From Callorhinchus milii (lineage: Eukaryota), in the NCBI RefSeq assembly GCF_018977255.1, contig NW_024704743.1, positions 62,746,001 to 62,810,000 on the forward strand: a DNA stretch of 64,000 nt, in the 5' to 3' direction. Below the pieces are notes generated by a model that was not told the origin of the DNA, did not search any database, and was given only the letters and a program-made list of their open reading frames with translations. Shown here piece after piece: positions 1-13,628 of the stretch. How positions within the stretch are numbered: the stretch's first letter is position 1; every line of letters starts with the position of its first letter. The translations under genes and the position numbers were made by a program.

Positions 1-243
1 CACACTGTAAAGTGAATTGACTTTAAATTTGTGGGCGAACGCGGCAGCCAATTGCGCACAGCAATGTCCCACAAACAGTCGTAGATTGAAAATGCCAATT
101 TTATTACTGTTTTTGGTTTTGGAGGGATTATTATTAGGCGTGTGGAGTAAGGAAACTTGCCCAAGGTTTCGCCCTGCCTGGAATTGAACTCAGGTCTCTC
201 ACTTGCAAAGCGAGTGCTCTAACCACTGAGCTACAGGACTCCA
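1..243 (-). mobile_element. Young tRNA-derived SINE, short form (cut by window edge)
   Basis: Reverse complement of head GGAGTCCTGTAGCTCAGTGGTTAGAGCACTCGC with A and B boxes, plus the family body. Confidence 0.9.
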
Positions 244-1852
244 CAATGTACACTTGCAGTATATGATTAAAATTCTAAAGACATACCATGCATCTCCTCT
301 ATTGCACTGCAAACAAGTGAAAATCCACTGTGCCAAATGTACCATTGGGCAGCTGAAGATTTCATTGCACTGGTGATCAGTATTATAAAAATTTTAACTG
401 GTGCATTTTTCCTGAAACAAATTAGAGACAAATGTTTAAAAATTATACCTAGTGGAATAATTGGGAATCTTACTAAAGATAATTTGAAAAAATCTTGAAG
501 GATATACAGTATCTTTTAGCCACATCACAATTTCCTAAGATGATTTCCAAAATTCTGTAAACCTTCTAGATTTTGCTACTTCTTTTAAAAAAACAATTAC
601 TTTATTTATAATGGTATTTGGTAAGAACTGCTCCTAGCAGACACAAATGTGTACAAAGACCTGGTCCTGAATGTTTATATGTACTGTATACACTTGGGGC
701 GAGAATTCCCAATTTCTCCAAATGAATACCGACGATGTGTGAACAGAAGCATATAGTGGAATTCCCAACCTTAGAAGTGTGAAGAATTTCCTTGTGTTTG
801 CTCTTTTCAGATGGTAAAAAAAAGAGTGACTGGAATTCAATCTGCTTTTCAATGAACAGCATGAATGCCCACACATCACTAAAACTACTGTTTTCTGCGA
901 ACATACTGAATGTACTTGGTGCTTCTTGTAAAACAGTGAAACAACAACAACTTGGATTTATCTAGCGCCCTCCATGCGGGCGGCATCTCAGAGTGCTTAT
1001 ATAGGATGAAATATAGGATGAAACACTGACTGCAATTTACTTACAACAGTGCTAACATTTTTGTCGTAGCTTAAATCAACAGTCCTCTAAATCCAGTTTT
1101 TTACAGATATGAACATAGGAATGTACAGGCTGATAAAGACACTGATGTTCATCTGGCATGAAATGTATTCATAGATTATTCTCATCTCTCAGATCCCTTC
1201 CAGATACCCTGAGTCCAGTAAGCCATCAATTTACTGTATTTTCCAAATACCAAATTTCCAGAGGAAATCTAATTCTACATACAGTATTTAGCACTAGCTG
1301 TATACTGCAATAGAATATAACATGGATTTAACTCATTCAGAATTATTCTACTTAAATGCTTAAAGTAGGACACAAGAAACCAATTCTAGGTAGCTTCAAA
1401 CTGTATGCAACAGGAGTATAAAGGGAATGAAAAAGATGATCCAATCATCCAAATATAACCAAGGCAGAGACTTCAAACTGCAGTAGAACTGAGGATTTGA
1501 CTGAATATTTGGTTCCAGTCAGATTGACCATCAGCAAGTGCTGACATATGCTACATAATTCACAACATTGAATCAGCAACTTTGACCTGACTGAGTGAAG
1601 CCTATGTGCAGAAAAGCATCGCAATTTATACATAACCAATAATAAATCAATAACACAGTTAACACTGACACTCCAATGCAATACTGCGGGGTGTACTGCA
1701 TTTTTAGAAGTACTGTCCTTCAGATGAGATGTTAAATCATGGTCCCATCTGCATGTCATGGTGGATGTAAGAGATCCTATCCCAGTTTCTCTGGTGTTGT
1801 GGCCAACAATTCTCCAAATAAAACTGGTCACTCATTCCATGGCTGTTTATCA

Positions 1853-2226
1853 TGGAGACCTGTAGCTCAGTGGTGAGAGGAGTCACCTCGCAAGCGAGAG
1901 ATCTGGGTATGATTCCTGGCAGTGCAAAATGTTGGGCAAGTTTCCTTATTCCACACGCCTCTGTTTACCTAGCAGTAAGTAGGAACCCGGTTGTTAATCA
2001 GTTGGTGGATTACTTTTCCGGGGGTAATAATTCCTTCAAAAAAAATAATAACAAATCGGTCACTTCAATCCACAACTGTTTGTGGGACTCTGCTGTCTGC
2101 AATTGTCTGTTGCGTTTCACCCACAAAATATACAGTCAATTTACTTTACATATATCCTGTAAAGAAGCACTTAAAGAGATGTTTCAGGGACGTGATAAGA
2201 TATATATCAAATGCAAATATTGTAAT
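1853..2226 (+). mobile_element. Young SINE, long form
   Basis: tRNA head, TGTTTACCTAGCAGTAAGTAGGAACC segment, shared 3' body and tail. Directly abuts an older Deu-SINE fragment (~1665-1852). Confidence 0.9.
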
Positions 2227-2865
2227 AAAACAATTTTTTATTGAATAATCCTACGGAATACAACAACAATCACTGTCGTGATCTGTCAGCAAACCTGTTG
2301 GTGTTACTGAGTAAAAGGTGAAAAAAGATATTACCATAGCAAACCAGTAATTACAGGAAGAAAATTGATCGAGATGGTAAATTTGTTCCCATGCAACATT
2401 TCGAAATTAAAGCCAAAGTATGTGGCTCTGCATGAAGGAGTAGATATCACAAATGTGATTGAACAAATCAATTGTTAAAATCTGATTAAACACACTTCAG
2501 ATCTATGTGATCTATATTTCTGAAGCATTGTGGCTCAACCTACTGAAAGAACAACACTCTTGATGAAACAACAATTTACATGTACATGGTGTCTGTTTTT
2601 CACATCAAGGGGGCTTCTCATAGTGCTTCACCCAACTGAGAAGGAGAGAAGTGTCCAAAAGCAGTCATAGAAATGGGTTCATATAAGAAGGCGCTGAGTG
2701 ACGTCCCATGGGATAGAAGGTGCCAGGACAAGGGAAGGAATTCCCAGCTTCTTCTTGCTATTCAAATTCCAGTGTAGCTGTCTTCTTGCCCTCAGGTAGA
2801 GTAAGCGGTACAGGGAGACCAAGAAAGACCTTGAAAGCCTTTCTTGATCTTACTGTAACAGTCCT

Positions 2866-3225
2866 TATAATCGTTTCATTCATTGTAGCGCCTTACCACG
2901 TCGCTGAGAAGTCTCAAAGTGCTTCACAAAATATATTGTAAGTGGATTGGCTATGTATTTTGTTAAACATGAGCAGCCAATTGCGCACAGCAGTATCCAC
3001 AAACAGTTGTGGATTGAGTGACCATTTTTTTTTTCTTTTTTGAGTGGTTATTACCCTGGAAAGCAATCCGCCAATCGACTAACAACCGGGTTCCTACTTA
3101 CTGCTAGGTAAGCAGAGGCGTATGGAATAAAGAAATTTGCCTAAGGTTGCGCCCCGCCTGGGAATCAAACCCGCGTCCTCTTGCTTGCAAGGCGAGCATG
3201 CTAATCTCTACGCTATGGGACTCCA
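2866..3225 (-). mobile_element. Young SINE, long form
   Basis: Reverse complement of the same family. Confidence 0.88.
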
Positions 3226-3688
3226 TAAGAATGAAATACGGGCATGTCATAAAGGGATTAATAACATTTAAAAAATGACTGTTCCAGAAAATGCAGCTCT
3301 CATCCTGAAGTACAACTTGAACATATTGGAACAATTGTGAAACACTGTGATTGGGTTAATATGTCAAATCGTTGTTCCCAAGACAGTACAATACTTTCAG
3401 ATGGTATAAAATGCTCCAGTCTTGCTTTAGCCAGATGTTTTTCTACTTGTTACTGCAAGACCAAAATATATATTTTTGAAAATACCACTTATTCCCCTCC
3501 CCATATCTTCTTTATATAATCCAATCCAGCACATAACAGACAAACAGACAACAACATCAAATGACATTTTTGTAGCGCTTTCACGTTCTGAGGATGTACC
3601 AAGGCCCTAGAAATTATAACTGCAAATTACAATTTGTGGTCACTAACCTTTAGTGATGTTAAAAGCAGATAATTCTAACAAAACTCAC

Positions 3689-3855
3689 TTTTTGTGCCGC
3701 AAGATGTAATGCTGTCCTCTGACCTCGATCTGCTTTGTTAACATTAGCTCCTGCCTTAAGAAGTGCTTCAGCACAGTCCAGTCTGTCAGCAAGCACACAG
3801 TACATGAGTGGTGTACGGCCAAACTGGTCCTCTGTGTCTTTGAAATCTGGATTTC
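3689..3855 (-). CDS. INVS: Inversin coding exon 3 (ankyrin repeats)
   Basis: Flanked by aatctag| and |gtgagt, 167 nt, phase 1 to 0. Translates to (G)NPDFKDTEDQFGRTPLMYCVLADRLDCAEALLKAGANVNKADRGQRTALHLAAQK, nearly identical to human INVS GNSALKDKEDQFGRTPLMYCVLADRLDCADALLKAGADVNKTDHSQRTALHLAAQK (recalled). Confidence 0.97.
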
Positions 3856-4504
3856 CTAGATTTAAAAAAAGGAATGATAAATTAAAATTTTAAAACAATG
3901 TCAGATTAAGCACTTCACTGATTTCTCTACAGTTTAATGTTGCACCATTCCACATATTTATATCAATGAGTTACACCATTGATATGCCTAATTTTAGGAA
4001 TGTTACAAGTGAGGATATCCTAGGCTAGCATAGCTTGCTGTAAAAACTCACATTGGCAGGTGTCAGCCTGCCTGGTTCAATTGGCAGCACTCTTGCCTCT
4101 GAGTCACGTTGTGGATTCAAGGCCCACATCAGGACCTTGAACTCACCAAGCAGTCTTATCTGCTCTTCAAGCGAATGTTGAAGATCCATAACACTGGTTA
4201 GAGTGTCAGCATAGGCTATATGATTCGAAGTATCCATTGTGGGGCTTGAACCCACAACCTACTAACTCAGAGGTGAGAGTGCTACCACTGCGCCAGGCTG
4301 ACTGACATATGGATACCTGGGCAGTAGAGGTATTAAAGAGTATGGTAAAAAGAGCAGGACATTAGGTTAAAAGATCCGCCAAGATCTAATAAATTGATGG
4401 AATGTATTATTTTGAAGGATTTAGATAACGTCATAAAGCTGGAACCTTGCTTTAGAAAATATTCCAGCAATTTGTTTCTGTTTATTTTTTGTATCCTCCT
4501 TGGG

Positions 4505-5940
4505 TGATGTAAGCAGGGTCTCCTTGGAGCTGAACTGGCTGCAAAGTGACATACTTGGCAACAGAATGTCTGAATTGAGCCGAACCTCTGTGGTGGTCTT
4601 GGGAGTCCAGTTCTTGAGCCAGCCGGCTCCAGGGCACTGCAGATGACAGCAAAGACAGCCTGGCTCATCGGCAGCACTTGGAAGGGCAGACTAGTCACTG
4701 GGGCAGGGGCAGGGATAGAGTCTTGGGGTACCCTGCAGGTGACCGGGGGGGGGGGGTGGAGAGGAAAAAACATTGGCCAAGATGAAGTGTTGGCTGTGGG
4801 TTAAGTTGGACTCGAACAATGCGAATGCGATCCCACTAAGGTAGATGAGGGAGGAGAGGTGGTGGAGGAGGACTGTGTCGAACAAAGCGGAGTGGTCCAG
4901 GAGGACGAGGAAGCAGAGAGTCGGAGGGAAAGGACATAATTTGTTACTTTGACGAGCACTGTCTCTGTGCCATGGGCTGGGCGGAAACCAGACTGGAGGG
5001 GTTCAAGTAGGGAGTGAAGGGCGAGGGGTGAGTGAAATTGGTTTGCAACAACACGTTCCAGACCTTCAGCAAAGAAGGGCAGATTTGAAATGGGACTGTA
5101 GTGCACGAGGTTGAAGGGATCGAGATATGTTTTTTTCATGGAGGGGAGTGATGACAGCTGTTTTGAATGGGAGTGGAACTGAGCCTGAGGAGAGGGACTA
5201 ATTTATTGTTCGGTCCTGGATTTCAGGGGGACAAGGGAATTAAAGATGGAGGGGAGGCGACTGTTTAGTAGCTTGACGGCTGGGTCCGAATTGCTGGGGG
5301 TGGATTGCGAGAGGGAGAGAAGGTCTGAGGATGAGAGGACATTTGTGAGGGACTCAGAAGCTTTTTCTATGGGCGGAAAAAGATGGTGGAGGGCTTGGAG
5401 GAAAGGAGTGGCATACGGAAGGAGAGGGAGATGAAGAAGTGGTCAGAGATGGCCTTGTCTGTGATGGACAGATCAGTGATATCTAGGGCATGGGTGATGA
5501 TGAGGTCAAGGGGGTGGCCACAGTTGTGGGTTGGGGATTTAATATGGAGGGTTAGGTTTAGGGTGGAGACGAGGGAAGTGAAGTCAGAGAAGATGGGGTA
5601 GGAGGAATTGAGATGAAGGGTGAAGTCGCCCATGATGAACAGGCATTCAGTGCAGAGGGGCAGGGATGAGAGGAGAGAGGAGATATCCTTGAGGAAGGAG
5701 CCAGGAAGTTTGAGTCTCCAAGCCTTGGCTCTTGCCAATCTGTGCCTTCCAGAATTAAGGCTTTACAGAATTAGGTAAGCAGGATGCATCCCTCCAGGGA
5801 GAGAATGCACGTTCCGTTCCAACAAATATCTCTGGAATTTCCACATGTAGGTGGGATGCATGGAATTCTCAGTTTGGTTTGGCTACTTAAGCATGGTGAT
5901 GAGTTTCCGCATGCGTCAGACATCCGGCTGACAAATAAAA
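4505..5940 (+). repeat. Unclassified ~550-bp repeat (family U), split by an L2 fragment
   Basis: 4505-4745 and 5705-5940 align co-linearly with the copy at 14650-15150. Confidence 0.7.
4760..5705 (-). mobile_element. Decayed L2 LINE fragment (endonuclease end and RT start)
   Basis: Peptides IMGDFTLH..PTHNCGHPLDLII..ISDHFFISL and YSPISNLPF..LQSGFRPAHGTETVLVKVTN. Confidence 0.88.
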
Positions 5941-7299
5941 ATTGTTTCTTCAGCATTTTCACCAGAGTTTTATCAAAGTCTGTTTATTTTGCTACTTTTG
6001 TCAGTTTATTTTTTTTGTTACTGCCACAAATATTTGCTTTGCCATTTGACTCCAAGCATTATTGGGATGTTGGACTTTAGTTAGAGCAGAGTCAGTTATT
6101 CGGTAGAACAGGCTTTAAAGTGATTTTACTTATATGTGTAGACTTTATTATTCTATGCATTAGGTTGACTCAGATGGTAGCACAATTGCTTGTAAGTCAG
6201 AAGGCTGTGGGTACAAACCCCACATCAGGGGTTGACCTCACAATCTAAAATGACACAAGTGCAGTACCATATTGTTGAACGTGTAGCACGTCTGAAAATA
6301 TTTTGGATGAGACATTTAACTGAGATTCTACCTGCCTATTCAGGTGGACACTAAAGATCTCATACTATTTGAAAAAAGGAAGAGATTATTTCCTGTGACC
6401 TGGTCACCTATTCTTCAGATTAATTCTTCATTCGAAATACTGACCGTTTATGCATGATAAGGTGCTTTGAGGAAATTCAACCTAATAAGGTGTTGTAAAA
6501 ATGAAAATTCACAAGTTCTTCGAATGTTTCTTTGCGATTTCCATGGCTAAAAGCAACTCAACTCTAGTTATTCTGAATCAGTGTTGGTACTTAATTTTAT
6601 AAAACAGGCTTTCATTGTCATCACTTATGTGAAATTAATTCAATAAATATGTTACAGCACACGTTGTCCACACAAATACCAGAATTGACTACCACTAAAG
6701 TAAGCATAGTTTGATGCAGTTTTGAAAACTGTCCCTGAGATTGTAATAATTCATCAATAACAACTTGCATTTATATAGCACCCTTCATGCAGGCTAGCAT
6801 CTCACATCAACATCATTCACATCAGCACTTGGATTAAATGACAAGAATTGAGGTTCCAGAGATGTAACAGTATCATACAATATTAACTGCTGGGAAAGGA
6901 ATTCATCTTCTATATAGCGGTATTGTTTTAGGCTTCAAATAAAGAATTTTTTAAATATAAATTTCCCACCAAAATACACAATGCTCCTATTGAGTTTTCT
7001 TGATTAACCTAATGCACTGTAGTTTAGTTATTATTCCGTAAATCATTTTGCTACAGATCAGTCTTTCTTAGATCCATAGCATTCAAACAAACAGTGAATA
7101 AGATCTTTGTAACTCAGTAAGCTAGCAGTTAAAGATGGAAATAATTGACAGCTTGTGACTTCAGCCCTTTTCTTATCCTGAACAGAATAAGAGCTGCAAA
7201 CTATCAAAAGCATTTTGGAGAAAAATTGCAAAAGCGTGTTGAGAAATAATCTGTGCCACTTTTCTTAAAAAATATACAAATCCAATATATTACATTTGA

Positions 7300-7680
7300 A
7301 ATAATAATAATTCTTGCATTTGACATAGCACCTTATCATGTCTTCAAGACATCTCAAAGCGCTTCACAGAATATACTGTAAAGTATACTGTAAAGTAAAG
7401 TGAAATGTAAAGTATATTTTGTGGGCGAAATGCGGCAGCCAATTGCGCACAGCTGGGTCCCAACAGTCATGGATTAAATGACTAATTTTTAAAAAAAAAA
7501 GGAATTATTACCCCCAGAAAAGTGATCCGCCAATCAACTAACAACTGGCTTCCTACTTACTGCTAGGTAAACAGAGGTGTGTGAAGTAAGGAAACTTGCC
7601 CAACATTTCACCCTGGCAGGAATTGAACCCAGGTCTCACGCTTGTGAGGCGAGTGCTCTAACCACTGAGCTACAGGGCTC
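7300..7680 (-). mobile_element. Young SINE, long form
   Basis: Full head, body and (TTA)n tail. Confidence 0.92.
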
Positions 7681-8184
7681 ACACATGAAATGTATTGCAC
7701 ATTTAACCAATTTGTCAGCCTTTAATGAAAAACTCGCACCAAATCATACGCACTCGTCTGTAATGACCACATGTAATATGTTCATTTATTTCAAGTGCAA
7801 AGACAGTTTTCAAAGCGGTCTTGATTTATGACTATGAATATTCCCATGATGGTTCCATTACAATACCAGGGTTGGTCCAGCTATGTTTCACCATTTTACT
7901 AGTACAGACAGAAAAATGTTCCTTAGATTATATAAAAAAAACAATTTGAGACAGTGGTTGAAAAGAAATTACCTGTTCTGCAGTCAGTTTTAATACAACC
8001 AGCACAAGAGCTCAATGATGCATGATGGACATTCTTCAACGCTGGAGTCTGAGGACAATGGGGGGGTTAGGGTTAAGACATGGGGGGAGAAGAAAGGTGT
8101 GCCAGTGCACAATGTTTCAGCTCCAATATACTGTGCTGCAGAGCGGGAGGGGGCAGATTAATATCCATGATGCCCTACCCAGGT

Positions 8185-8525
8185 GATGAGTTGGTAGCTC
8201 TCTCGCCTTTAAGTTAGAAGACTAGGTTCAAGCCCCACAATGGGACTTTGAACCTCAATCTCATCTGACACTCCAAAGCAATATGGGAGAGAAGTGTTCT
8301 TATCAGAGAAGCTGTCCTCTGACAAACTCCCTGGTCTATTCGAAAAGACAAGTGAGTTTCTCCCAGTGCCCCTCCCAACAATCCTCCAGATCAATTGGTC
8401 ACGTACTTCGTGGCTGTTTATGGTACTTCGCTCTGTGCATATTGACATTGTCAACAAATACACAACTGAAGTTCAAGTTGACGTTCTTGACTTTTATACC
8501 AGCTATATGAAATGCAAGAAGTATT
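8185..8525 (+). mobile_element. Old Deu-domain (SacSINE1-like) SINE
   Basis: Degenerate tRNA head and similarity to the copy at 60528-60937. Confidence 0.65.
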
Positions 8526-11307
8526 ATTACAGCCAGTTCTCTTAAGCACTTTGGGATGTCTTCCTGACATGAAAGGCAGTAATATAAATGTAAATTTGTA
8601 TTATATTGTATTATTATCATTATAACAACTTGCATTTATATAGTACCCTTCACATGGGGTAGCATCTTGGACCACTTATTAACTAGTTAGTTCCTAATTC
8701 TAATTTAACTATCAAGGGAAGCATCAACTGGATTCCAAACACTTTCTTGCAGAGACCAAAATAAGAGTTTACCATCAAGTTGTCAATTTGTCACTTGGTA
8801 GGGTGTGGTTGGGCAAGACCAAGAGCCTTCAACATGCTTCCTAGTATAATTAACATAGATTACATTGGGGGTAATGACATACAAATTTTAAAAAGTATCA
8901 ATTTGGAGGATATTGGACACTATCCGACACTATTCTCAATTCAAACATTCTTGAAGAGAGTTTCTCCTGGTGTCCTGGTCAACAATCCACCAAATAAAAT
9001 AGGTCATTCACTCCATGGCTGTTTATGGGACACGCTGTGTGCATTCACCCATAAAACACACACAGACACACCATTTTACAGTATATTCTACAAAGCACTT
9101 TGAGATGTTTCAATAACATGATGAGCTATTCTATCAAAATGCAAGTATTATGACTAAAATTGGCCATTTTAGCACCACGGAAATTTGATGCTATCATTAT
9201 GAAACTGTACAAGATTAGCTGATACTCCAGTGCTGGAGTGATGCTGCATTGTCAGAGATGCTATCCTGCGGGTGAGACATCAACCAAGTCCTATTTAGGT
9301 GGATGGTACTATTCGAAAAGTAAAACAAGTTTCTCTCGGTATTCTGGCCAACAGTGCCCCAGATAAAATCTGTCAGTCATTCACTTCCTGGCTGTTTGTA
9401 AGACAATGTTGTGCACAGTTCATTTGTCTAGAAATATAAAGTCGCTAAAGTTTACAGTAAAATCCTTTGAAGTAAATTGAGATATTTTGACCATGTGATA
9501 TCAAGTGCAAGTATTATTATTATTATTATGATTTGTTTACATTCATATGGTGTCTTTAATAGGCAATCCAGAAAGTGCTTAATAGTGTTTCAAGGAAAAG
9601 AAGCACTATACATTTGTGTGCAGGTGGGGGGGGAGGGGAGCGAGAAAGTGTTGCTCGTGGCACAAAACAATTGAACTAAAATCACTGTTTTACTGGCCAA
9701 ACATAGCCTCCCTTCATTACACACATGTACTAAGGTTTTAAGAGTCAACCAATTTACAACCGTGTTCATCTCTTAGAATCACATCAGCCATTGTTGTTCC
9801 TCGGCTTAATTACCATATAGTGGAATTATATCAGATATTCTTAAGCACGGTGATTGGTTTCCGCGTGTGTCAGACACCCAGCTGACCAAAAATAAAAATT
9901 TTGTGATAGCACTCTCACTTGTAGCATACACTTGCATGTCGTCCCTTCACTGCACATAGAGCCCCAAAAATGTTGTAAACAACTATTTACTGTCTCCCTA
10001 ATCTATAATGATACGAGAAGTCCCCCTTCACGTCGGGACATTCTCCCGACGTGAAAGGCACTATACAAATGTAATTTTGTATTGCATGAGAAACACTGTT
10101 CATAATCATGTTTCACTCTTTTCACTTGTAGTACCAAACATGAAAAAGTATAAGCAGTGCAAACAATCTAGAAATTCTCTGTACGGACATAGAAATACAG
10201 ACATAGAAATAGATTTCATTGAGCACAAGTAAAAAATAATATACTTTACAATTGCAAGCAAATTGCCAGCTGTTTACCTAAACACCACTTATTCAACCAG
10301 ATTGGTTAACTGAATGGAGGCACTTCCTGATCCTTGCGGATAAACAATGGGAAGTCCTATTCTAAACACATGAAAGATTGCTTATATTAGGAATAATCAA
10401 GTGACAAGACTCCAGGATTCCATTGTAACAGAACCTTACTGAATATGGCACTGTAAAGTGAAGGTCAAATTACATTTTATTAGGCATCAACAAAAGTCAT
10501 GTAGGGGTCCAAATGAACCAAACAAACCATTTTAGTACACAAAGCACCTGATGTGCAGGAAATGAGTGGGCTGGCTACGCGCATATGAAATGAAAAGGGT
10601 CCATAGTGCAACCATGTTTGCATTCTCAGGAATTTCATCCTGGAGTCCCTCTAATTCACTCCCTCTCACCCAACTTTTAAAGCCAGATGTGTAAAGCTCT
10701 GAGACATTCTCCTGATGTGAAAGGTGCTATATAAATGTAAATTATATATTGTGTCTATATAGCACTGAGATATTATAATCTAAGGGAACAAAGTTAAACT
10801 ATTATAATTAGCAAGTGACTCCAAGATTCAGAAGTTTATTACAAGATCAGCATATTTGTCATGAAATTGTGTATCTGGATGTGTGTTAGGGTAGGGGAAA
10901 AGCAGAAGAAAAGGCAAGACAGGAAGAAAGAATTTGGTTTCACCAACTGTGTTACATGGCACTCAACAGCAATAATAAATTACATTTGTACAGTGGCATT
11001 CATGTATTAACATTAATACAAGCCGTTAATGACAAAATTACTTCCGGTTCATTAAACAAAATCTGCTTTTGATTACCTGTTAATTCTATATTCAGAGATA
11101 TTCCAAAAATGACTACACAAATGAAAGTTTACAATAAGCAAACAACTATTATCCAACTTATTAACTAGTCTGATGAATCTATTGCCAGTTTTCAGCATTC
11201 AATGAATCTGAACACTGATGAATTGTTAGTGAAGTTTTTAATCCACGTTAAATACGAATGACAGAAACCTTAGCAAATTCACAAAATAATAGTGCATGTA
11301 ATATGTA

Positions 11308-12232
11308 CAACAACATTACATTTCTATAGCGCCCTTCACGTCGGGAGGGCATCCTAGGGCACTGGACAATCAGTGTTTCGAACCCAAGCTGGGGGTCAGG
11401 ATCGGGGAGGGTGGAGGGCGGAGGGGAGGAGGGTGACCGAAAGCACGTTCGAAGAGGAGGGTCTTGAGATGGATTTTGAAGGAGGTAAAGGAGGGGGCGA
11501 GGCGGAGGGACTGTGGGATGGAGTTCCAGAGGGTGGGGGCAGAATGGCAGAAGACCCGCCTGCCAGTGGTGGGGCGGGTGAGGCGGGGGACATGAAGCAA
11601 GCTGGAGACCACTGAGCGGAGGGAGTGGGCAGGTTGGTAGGGCGTTAAAAGGTTACAGAGGAAGGGGAAGCAAGGCAGTGGAGGACTTTGAAGGTGAGGA
11701 CCAGAATCTTGAACTGTATCCTCTGTGTGATGGGAAGCCAGTGGAGTCGGACGAGGAAGTGGGTGATAGGGTCACAGAGCCTGGTGCGGGAGAGGACACG
11801 GGGTGCAGTGTTGCGAGGAGTTGGGGGGTCCAACAAGCAGGGAGTATGAGTAGTCGAGCCTGCATGTTATGAATGAGTGTATGAAGGTCTCAGTAGCCTG
11901 TGGTGTGAGACAGTGGCGGAGCCGGGTGATGTTGCGGAGGTGGGGAAGGCAGAGCAGGTCATGGCATGGATGTGGGGTAGAAAGGATAGCTGAGGGTTAA
12001 ACAAGAAGCTCATGTCCCGGACTGGCTTAGTGAGGTGGAGTGTGCAACCATGGATGGTGATGCTGTCAGCGCCTGAGGTGTGGAAGTGCTGACGGGAGCC
12101 AATCAGGAGAGCCGCGGTCTTGTTGACGTTCAACTGTAGAAAGTTAGCTCTCATCCAGGACTTGGTGTCCGACAGACATTCTGTCAGGGCAGCAGTGGTC
12201 CTGGAGTCGAGGGTGGAGTCAGAGAGATAGAG
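11308..12232 (-). mobile_element. L2 LINE 3' fragment with (TTG)n tail
   Basis: MRANFLQLNVNKT, LHWLPITQRIQFKILVLTFK, AP.LWNSIP.SLR and terminal stem-loop. Confidence 0.92.
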
Positions 12233-13312
12233 GCAGTGTTATGCTCCTGGGTTGGGTGCAGCACTGTTGGTTCACTTTAGAAGTTAGTTCCTCCAGCAAT
12301 CCCCTTTATGATATGACATGTCCTTTCAATCACTGGGCTGAATGTAATAGGCTTACTTGTCCAAGATAGGGATGTGATCACATTTCAAATAGTCACTCTC
12401 TTCCACAATTACATAAAATAAATTCTTACAAACTAACGTCCAAAGCATTTACATGTATTTAAATAATTTTAAAATATTCTACACTCAATTTTGTCAAGTA
12501 AATACTGGAGTATACATCTACCTCTCCAATCTGCTTACTGCCCACTCCACCATCTGCCATCTCCGCTCGACCGGCTCCTGCCTCCTGCTTGTCCCTCAAA
12601 CCCTCCACCATTTGCAGCTATGCTTTCAGCCGCTACATCCCCAAAACTTTGGATTGCTCTCCCATAATCCCTCTGCCTTGCCCCCTCGTTTCAGATCACA
12701 CCTGAAGACCTTCCTCTTCTACCATATCTAAGGTCACCTCCACACCCCGGCTTGGCATCAGGCTCCGCCACTGTTAAGCGCTCTGAGACACTACCCTGCA
12801 TTTAAACACAAGTTGTTGTTGAGTGAAACTTTAAATTTGGGGATAATATTTTTTTCTCCACCATAATAATAATAATAATCCTTGCATTTGATATAGCGCT
12901 TTTCACTTCGGGAGGACGTCCCAAAGCACCATACAAAAATTTACAAAGAATGTACAGCATTGGAACCTCCCATTCACCCAACTATTCTGTGCTGGTGTTT
13001 ATAATATTTATCCTCCACACGAGTCAAGGTTTTTTCCGTTTTCAGCATGTCCCTGCCACATCCTCCCCTCTCTGTATCACATTGCTTTTCTTCCCACTCT
13101 CCTATTAGAACTTAAATTGTCCGTTGCAGCCCATTATTTCCCAGCCAAGAGATTGGTGCCTGCCATGTGCAGGTGTAGCTTATGTTCATGCAATGTTCAT
13201 TCCATACAGCTCATTCCTGTCCCAGAGCTGGCCTGAATGTTCTAAGAATCTAAACTCTTCCCTCCTAAGCCACCTCTCCGACTACAAATTTACCTGCCAG
13301 ATCTTCCTGTTA

Positions 13313-13628
13313 ACAATAAAATAACAATCCTTGCATTTGATAGAGTCTTATCACATCTTTGAGATGTCTCAAAGTGCTTTACAGAATATACCATAAAGTA
13401 AATTGACTGTATATTTTGTGGGTGAAATGCAGCAGCCAGTTGTGGACAAGCAGTTGTGGATTGAAGTGACCAATTTTTTTTTTTTGAAGGAATTATTACC
13501 CCTGTAAAAGCGATCCGCCAATTGACTAACAACTGGGTTTCTACTTACTGCTAGGTAACCGGAACCGTATGGAGTAAGGAAACTTGCCCAACATTTCACC
13601 GTGCCAGGGATCGAACCCAGGTCTCTCT
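13313..13628 (-). mobile_element. Young SINE, long form, 5'-truncated
   Basis: Family body and tail; head ends within the anticodon arm. Confidence 0.88.

Noticed and set aside
602..904. Minus-strand ORFs as INVS exon 4
   Set aside because: No resemblance to the expected GNYRFMKLLL..MTPLHL sequence; exon 4 must lie left of the window.
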